A stretch of DNA of 64,000 bases from Octopus vulgaris (taxonomy: Eukaryota), in the NCBI GenBank assembly GCA_951406725.2, contig OX597820.1:82274001-82338000 (forward strand). Reading direction: 5' to 3'. Below are positions 13,011 to 25,007 of this stretch, piece by piece; the first letter of the stretch is position 1; each line of letters begins with the position of its first letter. Under the pieces are notes generated by a model that saw only the letters and a program-made list of their open reading frames with translations, ran no database searches and was not told the DNA's origin. A program made the translations under genes and the position numbers.

Positions 13011-13242
13011 TCTTTATTGCCCACAGGGGGCTAAACATAGAGGGGACAAACAAGGACAGGCAGAAAGATTAAGTTGATTACATCAAATTCCCCCAGTGTG
13101 TAACTGGTACTTTTTTTAATCAACCCCGAAAGGATGGAAAGCAAAGTCTACCTCAGCAGAATTTGAACTCAGAGTATGAAGACGGACAAAATATCACTAA
13201 GCATTCTGCCCAGAGTGATAATGATTCTGTCAGTTTGCTGCC
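13011..13242 (-). mobile_element. tRNA-derived SINE with Deu/Nin-like central domain
   Basis: Minus strand has a gagttcaaatt B-box and gactttgctttccatcctttcggggttgat...gtaccag core. Other copies at 25676, 30288, 40510, 56510, 60075, 63415 and 63645. Confidence 0.8.
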
Positions 13243-13624
13243 TTAACATCCCATCCAATATGGCAAGACGTATATGCTCCATAGTTACAGGTACCAATAG
13301 ATGGGAGAAACAACTGGTAGAACTAAATGTGTTCCTTTGAAAACAGAAACATCTCAAAAAGTTAATAAATCCTGTCATTACCGAAGCAAAAGAATTCCTG
13401 ATTTATACCTTATATGTTTGTGAACTGATGGCATCAAAGGGATAAGGAAATAAATAAAATATAACTTTCCATCAGGTTAGAGTAGAGTGAATTATAGCAC
13501 ATGTGAATGAAATGAATAAAATAATAATGAATAATAGATACTGTAATAAATGATAGAATATAAATTAAATAAATAAAAATGTTAGGTAAAGAAATTTGGA
13601 AAGATAATATGATTTTAGTTTAAA

Positions 13625-13845
13625 CCCTTTAGCATTTAAACCGGCCATATCCGGCCAGAAGTTTTCTGCCTGTTTTATGTTCAAACTGGCCAGATCTGGT
13701 CTCTCACGTCAACCCTACAATATCGTTTTAAAAATTAACAGCTACCTCATCAAAAGCTCATAGCTACAAGATAATGCATGATTAGTTCAAAACAATGTGG
13801 ATAAAAAAGCATTCATTTTGGTAGAATAATGCGAACACTAAAGGG
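13625..13845. mobile_element. piggyBac-type MITE (221 bp)
   Basis: ccctttag...ctaaaggg termini with TTAA on the right. An inverted sister copy at 62510-62730 has perfect TTAA TSDs. Confidence 0.85.
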
Positions 13846-13949
13846 TTAACTAGTATTTAATTACAACAGGTGAATCGTAAGCCAGGAAATGCTTGATATT
13901 AGTTATTTAATAATTGTGCTGCAACTGAATAGGTATTACACAAGCTATA

Positions 13950-14350
13950 CGCTAGGCTCAGAAACCTGGACGTTATCAAAGCTTGAGAGGCGGTTGGATG
14001 GAACCTACACTCGCCTCCTTATGAGAGCTCAAAATCTCTCGTGGAGGCGCCATCCAACTAAAATGCAAATATATGGGAAATTACCACCTGTGTCATCTCT
14101 TGTGAAAGGTAGGAGAGTCCAGTTTGCTGGACATTGTTGTAGAGCTGAAAAAGAGTAATTTCTACTCTTCTCCTCTGGAAGCCATCTACTCGCAACACCA
14201 GAGGGCGCACACTCTCCTGCCCCTGATGTAATCTCCAGGGATACAGGCATCCAGCAACAGGACCTCCGTAATGCCATGATGGACCGTGAAGTCTGGCGCA
14301 ACATAGTAAATTCCATTGTCTCGACCACGGTCGAACAATGATGATGATGA
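13950..14350 (+). mobile_element. 3' fragment of a second RTE-like LINE family with long TSD
   Basis: GSETWTLSK...RLDGTYTRLLMRAQN...FAGHCCR and a (GAT)n tail. Flanking direct repeat ataggtattacacaag(c)tatacgc at ~13929 and ~14350. Confidence 0.85.
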
Positions 14351-14729
14351 TAGGTATTACACAAGTATACGCCAGGTGAGGTGTAGCAGTATGAACCCCA
14401 GCAACAGAGTGGCTATCACTAAACACACCTGTCAGCAATGGAGTGCTGTTAAACCAATGACAAATCGTAGCGAAAAATTTGTCTGAAAGACAAAGCAAAC
14501 ATAAAGTTCTGTGTAAAGTAATACCTAACAATGACTTGTCACAACAGAAAAAAAAACATCCCCCAAAAACTTGTAATGCAATACATAGTAAAGTTCTTAT
14601 TTGAAGAAGGTTCCTCACCCAAAACATCAAGAACTCTAATCCTCTCATAGTATACAAACTTATGTATATTCTATTAAAAGGACAATATTGTTTTCCAGAA
14701 TATTCCTTTTTGAATGTAAATATAGCCAC

Positions 14730-15072
14730 AGTCATGTTTGCTTCTCAACCACATCATTCCAGGTTGACTCCCACTGCATAGCATCTTGAGCCAGTGTCTT
14801 CTACTATAGCCCTGGGCTGACCAAAGCCTTTTGAGTGGGTTTGGTAAATGGAAACTGAAAGAAGCCTGTCATGTGTGTGTGTATGTCACCACCACTTGAC
14901 AAGTGGTGTTGGTGTATTTATGTCTCATAACTTAGCGGTTTGGCAAAAGAGATCAATAGAATAAGTACCCAGCTTACAAAGAAAATAAGTACTGGGGTTG
15001 ATTAGTTTGACTAAAATTCCTCAAGGCAGTACCCCAGCATGGCCACAGTTTAATGACTGAAACAAGTAAAAG
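14730..15072 (+). mobile_element. tRNA-derived CORE-type SINE (octopus OR-like)
   Basis: tgcttctcaaccacat...cttgagccagtgtcttctactatagcc...ggaaactgaaagaagcc. Family copies at 24140, 27440(-), 37668, 41259, 47905 and 48083. Confidence 0.75.
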
Positions 15073-15335
15073 ATTGAGTAAAATAGAATTTATGAATAAG
15101 TTTTACGTTTTGAAAATAAGAAACTAAATAGAATAATTAAGATAAAAAAAAAAATCAGTATTTATTTATCACAAGTTTAGGTTAGAAATTGAAGAGACAA
15201 ATGAAGGTACAATGGTGTCTGTTTATCTCTAGTTGTTCACCTGCTTCCTCATATGATGATCTCACACCTGCTTTATTGTAATTATAATTAGTATTGATAT
15301 TTCATTAATGCTATTTGTTATAATCATTCTTACAG

Positions 15336-15420
15336 AGGCTGGTCAGTCTGAAACTCGTTTAGACAGAGAATTTATCAAGAATGAACTCAACATTGCTGAG
15401 GATTTAGAGACCAGCAGTGT
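15336..15420 (+). CDS. CEP20: CEP20/FOPNL exon 3
   Basis: cattcttacag|AG...GT|gtaagt. Encodes EAGQSETRLDREFIKNELNIAEDLETSSV, similar to FOPNL ESGQP..LDRQFL..ELN. Phases are consistent. Confidence 0.93.
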
Positions 15421-15756
15421 GTAAGTCTTTGTATATCCCTCCTATTTAACTATTGTTTCTGTGTTGTTAAGTCGGTGGAAGAGAATTGCTCCCTGAAGGT
15501 GACATAAATTTTGGTAATATGTTAATCTTGTAGATACAATTTAGGATGTTTATGTGCACGTGATAACATATCTATCTATGACATGTGAATTTATACTCCA
15601 GTAGTACTCAATCCACAGATCTGCAAGCCTGTAGTACTTTAGTGTTGGTAAAACTTGAGTTTTGTATAACCTGAAAATGATTAGGGCTGAAGTATTGGAC
15701 TTAAAGAAGAAAGCTAGTGTTTGGCATGCATACACACACTTGCACACACACTCCAT

Positions 15757-16326
15757 TGCAAGTTACAATATGGTCAAGAAATGGATCGGTCTGGTTATGG
15801 AGAAGAAGCAATGAGCAAATTTCATAATGTGCTCATTTTCTGATTTTCATTCAAATCGGGTGGTACCCATTTGTCGAGCTTTTTTGATTTTCCAATCACA
15901 TGCAAATAGTTTCAGACAGTTTTCTAACTAACTTGAAGTTCTTTAGCCAGTTCTTGAGTGATTTTACATAGATCTTTCTCAATGATGATCTTTAATTGAC
16001 CATCATCAATGACAGATGGGCGTCCACTATGCTCATAATCTTCAAGGCTCAGATCTCCACTGCAAAATCATTTAAGCCATTTTTGAGCTAACCATTCACT
16101 ATATTGAACTCATAAAGCAAATATGCTCCTTTGTCACTTCCATTATAACTTTGAAAAAAAAATAGCTGTTAAAATCGAACTACGCTCTTAAAAATTTGCA
16201 ATAAGAATAAGGACAAGGCAAAATTACTACCCGCTTTTATAGCGAGTTGATGCAGGTAGTTTATCCTGTCCCCTTCTGATTTTAAGTTCATGCAATTGAA
16301 AAAAGCCACATTATTTATGGGATGAC

Positions 16327-16330
<4 letters not shown>
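15757..16330 (-). mobile_element. Mariner transposon 5' fragment (HTH region to start of catalytic domain)
   Basis: Minus strand reads LEDYEHSGRP...TQELAKEL...KKLDKWVPPDL (WVPHEL motif)...PFLDHIVTC. TIR-like ttgggtcatcccataaataatg next to TA at ~16330. Confidence 0.85.
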
Positions 16331-16372
<42 letters not shown>

Positions 16373-16379
<7 letters not shown>

Positions 16380-17448
16380 GAGTGTATTTTACCTTGTTAA
16401 CAATTAACACGGATAAATGAATGAATAGTTACCAGGGCAGCAAAAATCTCACAAGTAAAGATGTTGTAACTCCTTGTTTATAAAGGTTGAAACTTCGTGT
16501 TTACGTTGAATATTTGAATGATATGAATAAAAAATGGAGTTAACGCAGGTTTAAACAAGTATTTTTACTTTCTACATATGTTTCAAAATTCCACTGATAC
16601 TTATTCAAAAGAATAAAAGGTATAAACAATGCAATCTTCTCTTCGGGAAAGTGAAAAAACGAAACTTGTCAATACATTTTAGCAAAAAATGATGGATTCG
16701 TATAGCGATAGACAGAACGCTATTAATATTGTTTAAAAAAACGTTATATGATATAACGTCATAAGTAGCTAACAGAAAGAGTAGGGATATTAATAGTGAA
16801 TGTTAAATATAAAGGAAATTAAAGTCTAAACTATATATAATGATAGAGACTACTTATATGCACTAAAAGTATGTTTCTGCCAATGCTTACATCTGTATGC
16901 TCATTCTATAACCGTGTTTACTAGAGTATTTTTAGAAAAAATAATGAAAAATAGCTCAGAATTGCAGAGAAGACAGAATTTCTTGCCTTTGTCATATGGT
17001 ATCGAAATTGAGAGGATCAACCATTCTAAATGAAATTGTTCATTATGGTCTTTTAAATCCCAAATCAGTTTGCTGAGACCGGTACTATTCCGTTTATTTC
17101 TATCCCTAAATGTTGAGTAATGGATAGAAATTCTCTTAGATAACTCTAACGATGTGCTTCCAATGTAAAATCGTACTTTATTACGAGTACTGATTATACA
17201 CTGGTATATAGAATTTTTAATCTTAGAGTTACTTGACATAAATTTAATTCTATTGGGATTGACTTCAGATACAATAACCTTGTTATTAATATTTCTAGAG
17301 GGTTGGATGGTAGTAGCTAAATTAATGTTAGTATTAGGAAATGTATTAATATTTAACAGTTTGTTATTATGAGAAGATATAATTTACAAGAGATTTTTTG
17401 TGTTTGAAAAACCTATCCTAACCTTATGTGAATTAATTATAGAGTGAT
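16373..17448 (-). mobile_element. Penelope-like element 3' fragment (GIY-YIG endonuclease, probably Naiad-like), left arm of palindrome
   Basis: ORF 16901-17239: SIYQC...FYIGST...KRISIH...LSKLIWDLK...CLLCNSE. Extends ~150 bp further 3' than the right arm and ends at (TA)n. Confidence 0.9.
16562..16657 (-). ncRNA. Type I hammerhead variant (CCGAAGA core, long helix II)
   Basis: Minus strand: ttttcactttc CCGAAGA [~55-nt stem] GAAAC atat GTA gaaagtaaaaa. Helix I pairs 10/11. Confidence 0.65.
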
Positions 17449-18372
17449 ATTACTCTATAATTAATTCACATAAGGTTAGGATAGGTTTTTCAAACACAAA
17501 AAATCTCTTGCAAATTATATCTTCTCATAATAACAAACTGTTAAATATTAATACATTTCCTAATACTAACATTAATTTAGCTACTACCATCCAACCCTCT
17601 AGAAATATTAATAACAAGGTTATTGTATCTGAAGTCAATCCCAATAGAATTAAATTTATGTCAAGTAACTCTAAGATTAAAAATTCTATATACCAGTGTA
17701 TAATCAGTACTCGTAATAAAGTACGATTTTACATTGGAAGCACATCGTTAGAGTTATCTAAGAGAATTTCTATCCATTACTCAACATTTAGGGATAGAAA
17801 TAAACGGAATAGTACCGGTCTCAGCAAACTGATTTGGGATTTAAAAGACCATAATGAACAATTTCATTTAGAATGGTTGATCCTCTCAATTTCGATACCA
17901 TATGACAAAGGCAAGAAATTCTGTCTTCTCTGCAATTCTGAGCTATTTTTCATTATTTTTTCTAAAAATACTCTAGTAAACACGGTTATAGAATGAGCAT
18001 ACAGATGTAAGCATTGGCAGAAACATACTTTTAGTGCATATAAGTAGTCTCTATCATTATATATAGTTTAGACTTTAATTTCCTTTATATTTAACATTCA
18101 CTATTAATATCCCTACTCTTTCTGTTAGCTACTTATGACGTTATATCATATAACGTTTTTTTAAACAATATTAATAGCGTTCTGTCTATCGCTATACAAA
18201 TCCATCATTTTTTGCTAAAATGTCGTATTGACAAGTTTCGTTTTTTCACTTTCCGAAGAGAAGATTGCATTGTTTATACCTTTTATTCTTTTGAATAAGT
18301 ATCAGTGGAATTTTTGAAACATATGTAGAAAGTAAAAATACTTGTTTAAACCTGCGTTAACTCCATTTTTTA

Positions 18373-18379
<7 letters not shown>
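17449..18379 (+). mobile_element. Penelope-like element 3' fragment (GIY-YIG endonuclease), right arm of palindrome
   Basis: Mirror of the left arm (ORF ends 16901+17996=34897, centre 17448/17449). ORF 17508-17996; ends at (TA)n. Confidence 0.9.
18243..18338 (+). ncRNA. Type I hammerhead variant (mirror copy, sense to CEP20)
   Basis: CCGAAGA 18253-18259, long helix II (gaagattgcattg/cagtggaattttt plus ttattc/gaataa), GAAAC 18316-18320, atat GTA, helix I partner gaaagtaaaaa. One C fewer than the left copy at the helix I/core junction. Confidence 0.6.
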
Positions 18380-18416
<37 letters not shown>

Positions 18417-18728
18417 GGATCCATATATGATATATATGTAAGGTCTATATATGCTATTTGTGTGAGTGTTTGTGTGTTTAATGTATATATGGTATGTAAG
18501 GCAGTGAGGGCAAGCTGGCAGAATCATTACCACAAGAATCAGATGGGTCGGAGTTTATCGAATTGTGTAAATTGACCTCAGTGATTCTCTTGTACTTTCT
18601 CAACCCTAGACTGCTGTGGTGGTAATTTAGTTTCAGCTAGCATTCAGCAGATCCATAATGAAAAACATTTCAAATTTGACCAACCCATTTTTCTCATATA
18701 TCTAGGAATACATTAATTAATGTGTACC

Positions 18729-19096
18729 CAGGCTTCCTGGGTCTACCTCTATCGCAGTTTCCCTCCACATTTAGAAATTGACACTTCTTTACATGTCCTC
18801 ATCCATGACCATATCAGCTCAGTTGTCTCTCTTGCACACTACATCTGATACTTCTTATACCCAACTTTTCTCTCAAGATGCTTACACTCTGTTGTACATG
18901 CACACTGACATTGCACATCCAGTGAAGCATACTGGCTTCATTTCTTTCAAGCCTACATATGTCCTCAGTTGTCACAGCCCATGTTTCACTGCTGTGTGGC
19001 ATTGCTGTTCACACACAAGCATCATACAATCTGCCTTTCACTCTAGGGAGAGGCCCTTTATTGCCAGCAGAGGTAGGAGCTATCTGAACTTTGCCC
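18729..19096 (-). mobile_element. Internal RTE fragment flanked by a 46-bp direct repeat
   Basis: Encodes SSETWAVTTEDICRLERNEASML. acccatttttctcatatatctaggaatacattaattaatgtgtacc occurs at 18683-18728 and 19097-19142. Confidence 0.85.
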
Positions 19097-19287
19097 ACCC
19101 ATTTTTCTCATATATCTAGGAATACATTAATTAATGTGTACCTTGTTTTCATAAGATTTGAATTGAGAAAATCAAGTAAAGGAACTTTTATATTTTTTGT
19201 TTTGTTGTATAATATTGTTTAACTGAGAACAGAAAAATATCATTGCAGAATTATTAAACTGTATTTTCTCCATTTTTTTTTTTCCAG

Positions 19288-19375
19288 CCCGTTGTTGTAT
19301 TCTCTAGTGAATTTCTTCCTGCAACAAAATGCTGGCAGCAAAACCAAAGTCACTAAGAAAGAAACTTGGCAATAA
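19288..19375 (+). CDS. CEP20: CEP20/FOPNL exon 4 (terminal coding exon)
   Basis: tttttttccag|C CCG TTG TTG TAT gives PLLYSLVNFFLQQNAGSKTKVTKKETWQ*, with the conserved PLLY motif. Exons sum to 399 nt = 132 aa + stop. Confidence 0.9.
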
Positions 19376-20048
19376 CATTTCAGAATTGTATGTGTTTCAT
19401 GTTTAGATGCGTTTGTGCAATGACAGGCTTGTCTACAGTTTGCATTGAGAACTACTATGCAGTTTTTTCATGAGAAGGAATCTATATGTGTGTGTGAGTG
19501 TGTTTTATTAAAATACTGAGTCCAACAAAAATCATTCCAAAGACAAGAGATCTAACCATGTTTCTTCAAACATGTAATGTCACTCACATCATCATCATCA
19601 TCATCATTTTTTTTATTGCTTTCTATGCTTGCATGGGTTGGACAGGAACCTTTCAAAATAAATAGCAACATGCCATTAGCTGCATTCCTTACATCTTGTC
19701 CTTTGTGATGTTTGCCATCCTGTAATCAGTTTTCATTACTTCTGTCCATATCTTTCCCTTCTACAGCTTCTCTCCACTTGCATCTCCTGGAAATTCTTTA
19801 CCCATCCGTTACCATCCATAGACATAACATGTCCATATAAGTTCAGTGGTTTCTGTTACACACTACATCTCATTCCTCTTGAACCTAGTTTATCTCTCAA
19901 TCTATCTGTTTCACATCACTAACACTTACTAATATGACACATTTCACAGAGCATGCTTTCTACATTTCTTTCCAGCTTTTGCACATATTGTGTATGTATT
20001 TGTGAGAGGGAGAGATAGAGATAGATAGATAGATAGATAGAGAGAGAA

Positions 20049-20080
<32 letters not shown>

Positions 20081-20099
20081 TGAGTGAGTGTATTTGTTT

Positions 20100-20930
20100 A
20101 GACAAATATTCATAGGTGAACAGACAGCCACAGTAGGTACTGCTCTGCTAATAGAAACTGAAGCAAAACTTTCTAGGTGCAGATTGGTGCCATAGAATTA
20201 TGTGTGTATGTGTGTGTAAGAAGGGAGGGAAAGAAACTGCTGGAATTCTGGGATGCAAATGACTTGATGATCTACGACGTGAATTTTAAGATATTAGCCA
20301 TCCACTTGATTACCTATCAATATGGTAGGTGCACAAGAAAGATTAACTACATTCTCTCCAGAATATGAGATGGGCAGATGCTTGTAAATGCAATCTTTCT
20401 TTAGTGAAAAATGTATAATCCAACATAAGTTAGTGGTTAGTGACTTCAAATTCAGAGCTACAAGGACTCAGAAAAGCAAACCAGTCTGGAAAAGGAAGAT
20501 ATGGATGCTTAAAGACCCAGTAAGTAGTCAGAAAGTTAGAGAAATTGAGTGGAAGCATTTGACATAGAGAACAATTGGAAGTTGCTACAAGACAAACTGC
20601 TGAGGGCTACAGACCAAACCTGAGGCTGATGCAAAGTTTTGGCCAGACAAAAGTTGTTGGTGTGGTGGTGCAACAGTGAAGTAGCCAGAGCTATAAAAGT
20701 GTAAAGACAGTCTTGGAAAGACTGGAAAAATAGAAATGACAGAGAATTTTATCAGGTAGCCAGAAGATTAGTGTGGGAGAAAGGTTTACACAGCTAAGGG
20801 AGAAGCAGAAAGTAGGAAATCTGTCTGTTCAACATGAGGATCAGAGACATGAGATATTTTGGTTTGCAAGACAATATATCAGAGAGAATCAGGATGTTGT
20901 GGGTGAGAAGTGTATATGAAAAGATGATCC
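20100..20930 (+). mobile_element. Decayed RTE LINE fragment (endonuclease C-term/linker)
   Basis: EGKKLLEFWDANDLMI...HLITYQ...INYIL. Downstream sequence is similar to 3730-4070. Confidence 0.7.
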
Positions 20931-20959
20931 ACTGTCCATACTCACCTTTTTTTTAACTT

Positions 20960-21530
20960 GAGTTTGTTCTGGTACCCCTTACAAAGATCAAGTTTCATGA
21001 CCATATCAGCTCAGTTGTCTCTCTTGCACACTACATCTGATACTTCTTATGCACAACTTTTCTCTCGAGATGCTTACATTCTGTTGTACATGCACACTGA
21101 CATTGCACATCCAGTGAAGCATACTGGCTTCATTTCTTCCAAGCCTACGTATGTCCTCGGTTGTCACAGCCCATGTTTCACTGCTGTGTAGCATAATTGT
21201 TCACACACAGGCATCATACAATCTGCCTTTCACTCTGAGAGAGAGGCCCTTTGTTGCCAGCAGAGGTAGGAGCTATCTGAACTTTGCCCAGCCTATTCTT
21301 ATTCTCACAGCTACACTCTCAGAGCATCCACCCCCGTTACTAACTTCATCACCTAGATAATGGAAGCTATCTACTACCTCAAGCTTACCCTGCTGGCAGT
21401 TGATGGAGTCTATTTTCTGCACATTTTCAGTGTTTATAGTACTTGTACATCTTCCACACACAAAAGCTATTTTCTCTGTTAAACTTCCTCTGATATTACT
21501 GCATCCCTTGTGTGTCCATAGCATACACCA
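20960..21530 (-). mobile_element. RTE LINE RT fragment
   Basis: LWTHKGCSNIRG...FHYLGD...WAKFR and SSETWAVT. Homologous to 5640-6200. Confidence 0.85.
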
Positions 21531-23339
21531 GGTGTGTATTTTATCATTATTCTGCAGTCAGTCATTGCGACTATGATTGTTTATGGCTTTGGCATGACTT
21601 GATAAGCTTTCTTGATACTGGTTGATTTTTCACTTGGGTTTGCCATTTATTATGATGAGTTCCTTTCCACCTCTGCGCATTTTTGCAGTATCTTTGAATC
21701 TCAATCTAGGTCTTCCCTGGTCTTCCCTGGGAGTAAAGGATTTGTATGGAGTGTTTGTTGTTGTCCATCCTGTGTATATGGCCAACCAACAAAAATTTCT
21801 ATCAATGAGGATTTCTATCATAGTAGACAAGTCTAAAAATGGAACATTTGGTGCTATTCGAGGACATTTACTTGGTAATTGAAATACAAATAAAATGAAT
21901 CAAGTACCACTTCTAGCCACTTTGGATAGGCAATTTCCACACCTCATTCCCATTTCAAGCCAGAGTTTTAGTGGTACACCAATCTAAGCACTCATTGTAC
22001 ATACCTATTAATATATTTCAATAGATGTATACTACTTGCATCTCCTCTATATGTGTGTGTGTGTTTGTGTACACATACACATGCATGCACACAAGTGTGT
22101 GTGTTTGTAGACTCTTGCTATCATTATTAAGGTGTTGGGCTGGCAGAATCATTAGTGTCAGAAAAATTCCTTTTTTGCAGAATCATTACAGTATTAGAAA
22201 ATATCCCTTTTGGGATTTTGGACAGCTTGATGGAACTAGCAAGGTCAGGTGCACCAGGTTCTACAGTCTGTTTTGGCTTGGTTTCTACATACAGCTGGAT
22301 GCCTTTCCTAACACCAACCACTTTACAGAGCACACTGTGTGCTTTTTACATGGAACCAGCACTTTTCACACCAATGCTTTTTATGTGGCACTTTGGTTTT
22401 CAATTGTTGTGGTGGGTGGGTCATGTTGAGTTCAGCAAAGCATCACATACCTTGATCCATGTCAGTCAATAAATCACAAGAATGAACAATAACAGTCACT
22501 GGATTGCATCTTTAGGAATCCTGCTTTGCTTATGGCCTATTTTATGGAGGATACTTTGGAGTTGCAAGTCTTAGCATTTTGAGATCAGCCTTCAATACTT
22601 CATCCCATATCTTTCTGGGTCTCCCTCTTCCACAACCTCCCACCACTTTAAGTGATCAGCATGTTTTTATGCAATCCACATCCATCTGCATCACATGACC
22701 AAACTATTATTATTATTATTAAGGTACAGGGCTAGAAATCTTGAGGGAAGGGGATTAGTCAGTGTGTTGGCCTCAATATATAACTGGTATTTTATTATAT
22801 TGACCTTGAAAATGATGAAAGGTAAAGTTGATTCTGCCAAGTTCAAATTGCTAGACTTTTGGGAGTGAGGGGGGTCATTAAAATAAAGTACTAGTTAAGT
22901 ACTGTGCTTTATAGTTTTAATTGATCCCCTCCTCTCAACTACTGGCCTTGTGCTTACATTGGAAACTATTATTTGTTTTCTTCTGTCCTTTGTCTATGAT
23001 ATTTAAGAATCAGATCTGAATCACATCAGTCATTAAATATTGAAAATAAAAAACATAAATCACATTGATTTTTAATCTCATCTTTATTATTGTCTTTCAT
23101 TTGTTTTGTGTGTGTGTGTGTTTCTAAGAAAATTTGAACACCTGACCTGTTGTTGCAACATATTAAGCAATGGTTTTGTATTGTGTCAGAGTAAACTTTT
23201 CTCTTTGTTTTTCTGGAGTTATTCCAATAAGTACCAGTCATATACTGGGGTTGATGTCGAATACCCATTTGAAATCTGGCATAAATTCCATTGATTTTTC
23301 CTAACAAATCTGGGATTGGTGCCATTGATTACCCCCACT

Positions 23340-23500
23340 ATAAAGAGCAATATTTTAAAACCAAAAATATTACAGTCACCTGCATCAACTGACAACTGTT
23401 ACAAGTTCTTCCAGGAAATAGTCAAGCTTACAAATTAATAGACATTGTTGTGAGTCAAGGAGAAGTAATTGATTATTCTGCAGAATTTTTGAATTTTTAG
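23340..23500 (+). mobile_element. Helitron Pif1-helicase fragment
   Basis: With a frameshift, translates RAIL..PKNITVTCIN*QLLQVLPGNSQAYKLID...DYSAEFLN, matching the Helitron helicase RAILAPxN...LPG...YPxEFLN segment. Confidence 0.7.
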
Positions 23501-23519
23501 GGAACTCTACCATGACACA

Positions 23520-24118
23520 GGCATCAGCTAATACAAGGCTACATCCCCAGTGTTTCCTTAACAATGAGCAGTTGTGGTTGCTGTTTGTTAGACATGATTT
23601 TCACAGCTCATCTCTTTGACAGAGTTGCATTCTTGAATCAGGTATAGACTGAGGTAAGGTGCCTAACACATTGAGTGCCATCAGGCGTTCACAGCCCTCT
23701 GTCAGTCAAGGCAATGCTGTCAGTGAATATTCCAACATGGAATTAGTGGTAGGCATGAGTAACAATATCTGTAGGGAAATTATAGGTACCAATGAAAATC
23801 AATTGGCTGATCTTTTCCAGAGGACTTTCATTTCCACAGATAATTTCCAGAAATCCCTGACTAGTGCTACCAGGGGATACTGCCTGATCAGGACAAACAC
23901 GACAGGCATGGTAGTGTTGTCAGCTGTGCCTACCTGAGATGTACACAAAGTGATGAAACCATCCTGCACATACTTCCAAAGGGCCTTCACAAAGTAGCTG
24001 GAGTATTACAATATGTGTATTGAAGTCAGAGGATCTTCCGTTGAATAAGATATAGTTTTGTACTTCTTTGAAATTAATAAGTTTCTCCTGAAAAAGCCTG
24101 AAAACTGGAATGCACCTT
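23520..24118 (-). mobile_element. Decayed mariner-like fragment
   Basis: TIR-like aaaagcctgaaaactggaatgcacct|ta at the right end. Degenerate transposase N-terminal remnants. Confidence 0.45.
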
Positions 24119-24139
24119 ATATAGACATATGTATAGATG

Positions 24140-24385
24140 CAAGCATGGCTATATGGTAAGAAATTTGCTTTCCAACCACATGGTTCTGGGTTCTCACCCA
24201 TGGTGTAGAATCTTGGGCAAGTGTTTTCTACTATAGCCTCGGGTTGATGAAAGTCATGTGAGTAGATTTGGGAGACAGAAACTGAAAGAAGCCTGTTGTG
24301 TATATATGTGTGTGTTTGTGCATGTTTTTGTGTCTATGTTTGTCCTCCACTACTGCTGGTGTGTTTACATCCCCGTAATTAAGTG
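24140..24385 (+). mobile_element. CORE-type tRNA SINE
   Basis: gcatggctatatggtaagaa...cttgggcaagtg...gaaactgaaagaagcc. Confidence 0.8.
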
Positions 24386-24814
24386 ATGTGTGTATTATAC
24401 ATGTATGCACACAAACTGAGAGAGAGAAAGATGTTTATGTTTTTACATATTTCTATACGTATACATAGACACACACATCTACGTAACACAGCATACACAT
24501 ACACAGAGATACATTAAGACAGCTGCGTGTATATTTAACATAGCTATCTGATGATAACCCATTCTTACTCCTACTTACCTGAATTATATTATCTATTTAT
24601 ATATTTGCTGATATCTTCGCCTTCACCACCACCACCACTACTACTACTACTACCATCACCACCACCAACACTGCTATAAGCAGCAGCTGCAACACCAGCA
24701 CCAGCGTATATTTTTTTATCTGTCCATCTTGCAACATGATACATTTATTTCTTCCATGTGTAACACAAAGAAGGATACATGTGTTTTTTTGTATACATAC
24801 ATTCACACGAACAT

Positions 24815-24848
<34 letters not shown>

Positions 24849-24964
24849 TTTACATATATATATATATATATGTAAATGTGTGTGTATATATATATATGTA
24901 AATGTGTGTGTGTATATATATATGTAAATGTGTGTGTGTGTGTATATATATATATGTAAATGTA

Positions 24965-25007
<43 letters not shown>

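Noticed and set aside
14058-14735. 225-aa minus-strand ORF
   Set aside because: It runs antisense across a LINE fragment and its flank, with no recognisable domain.
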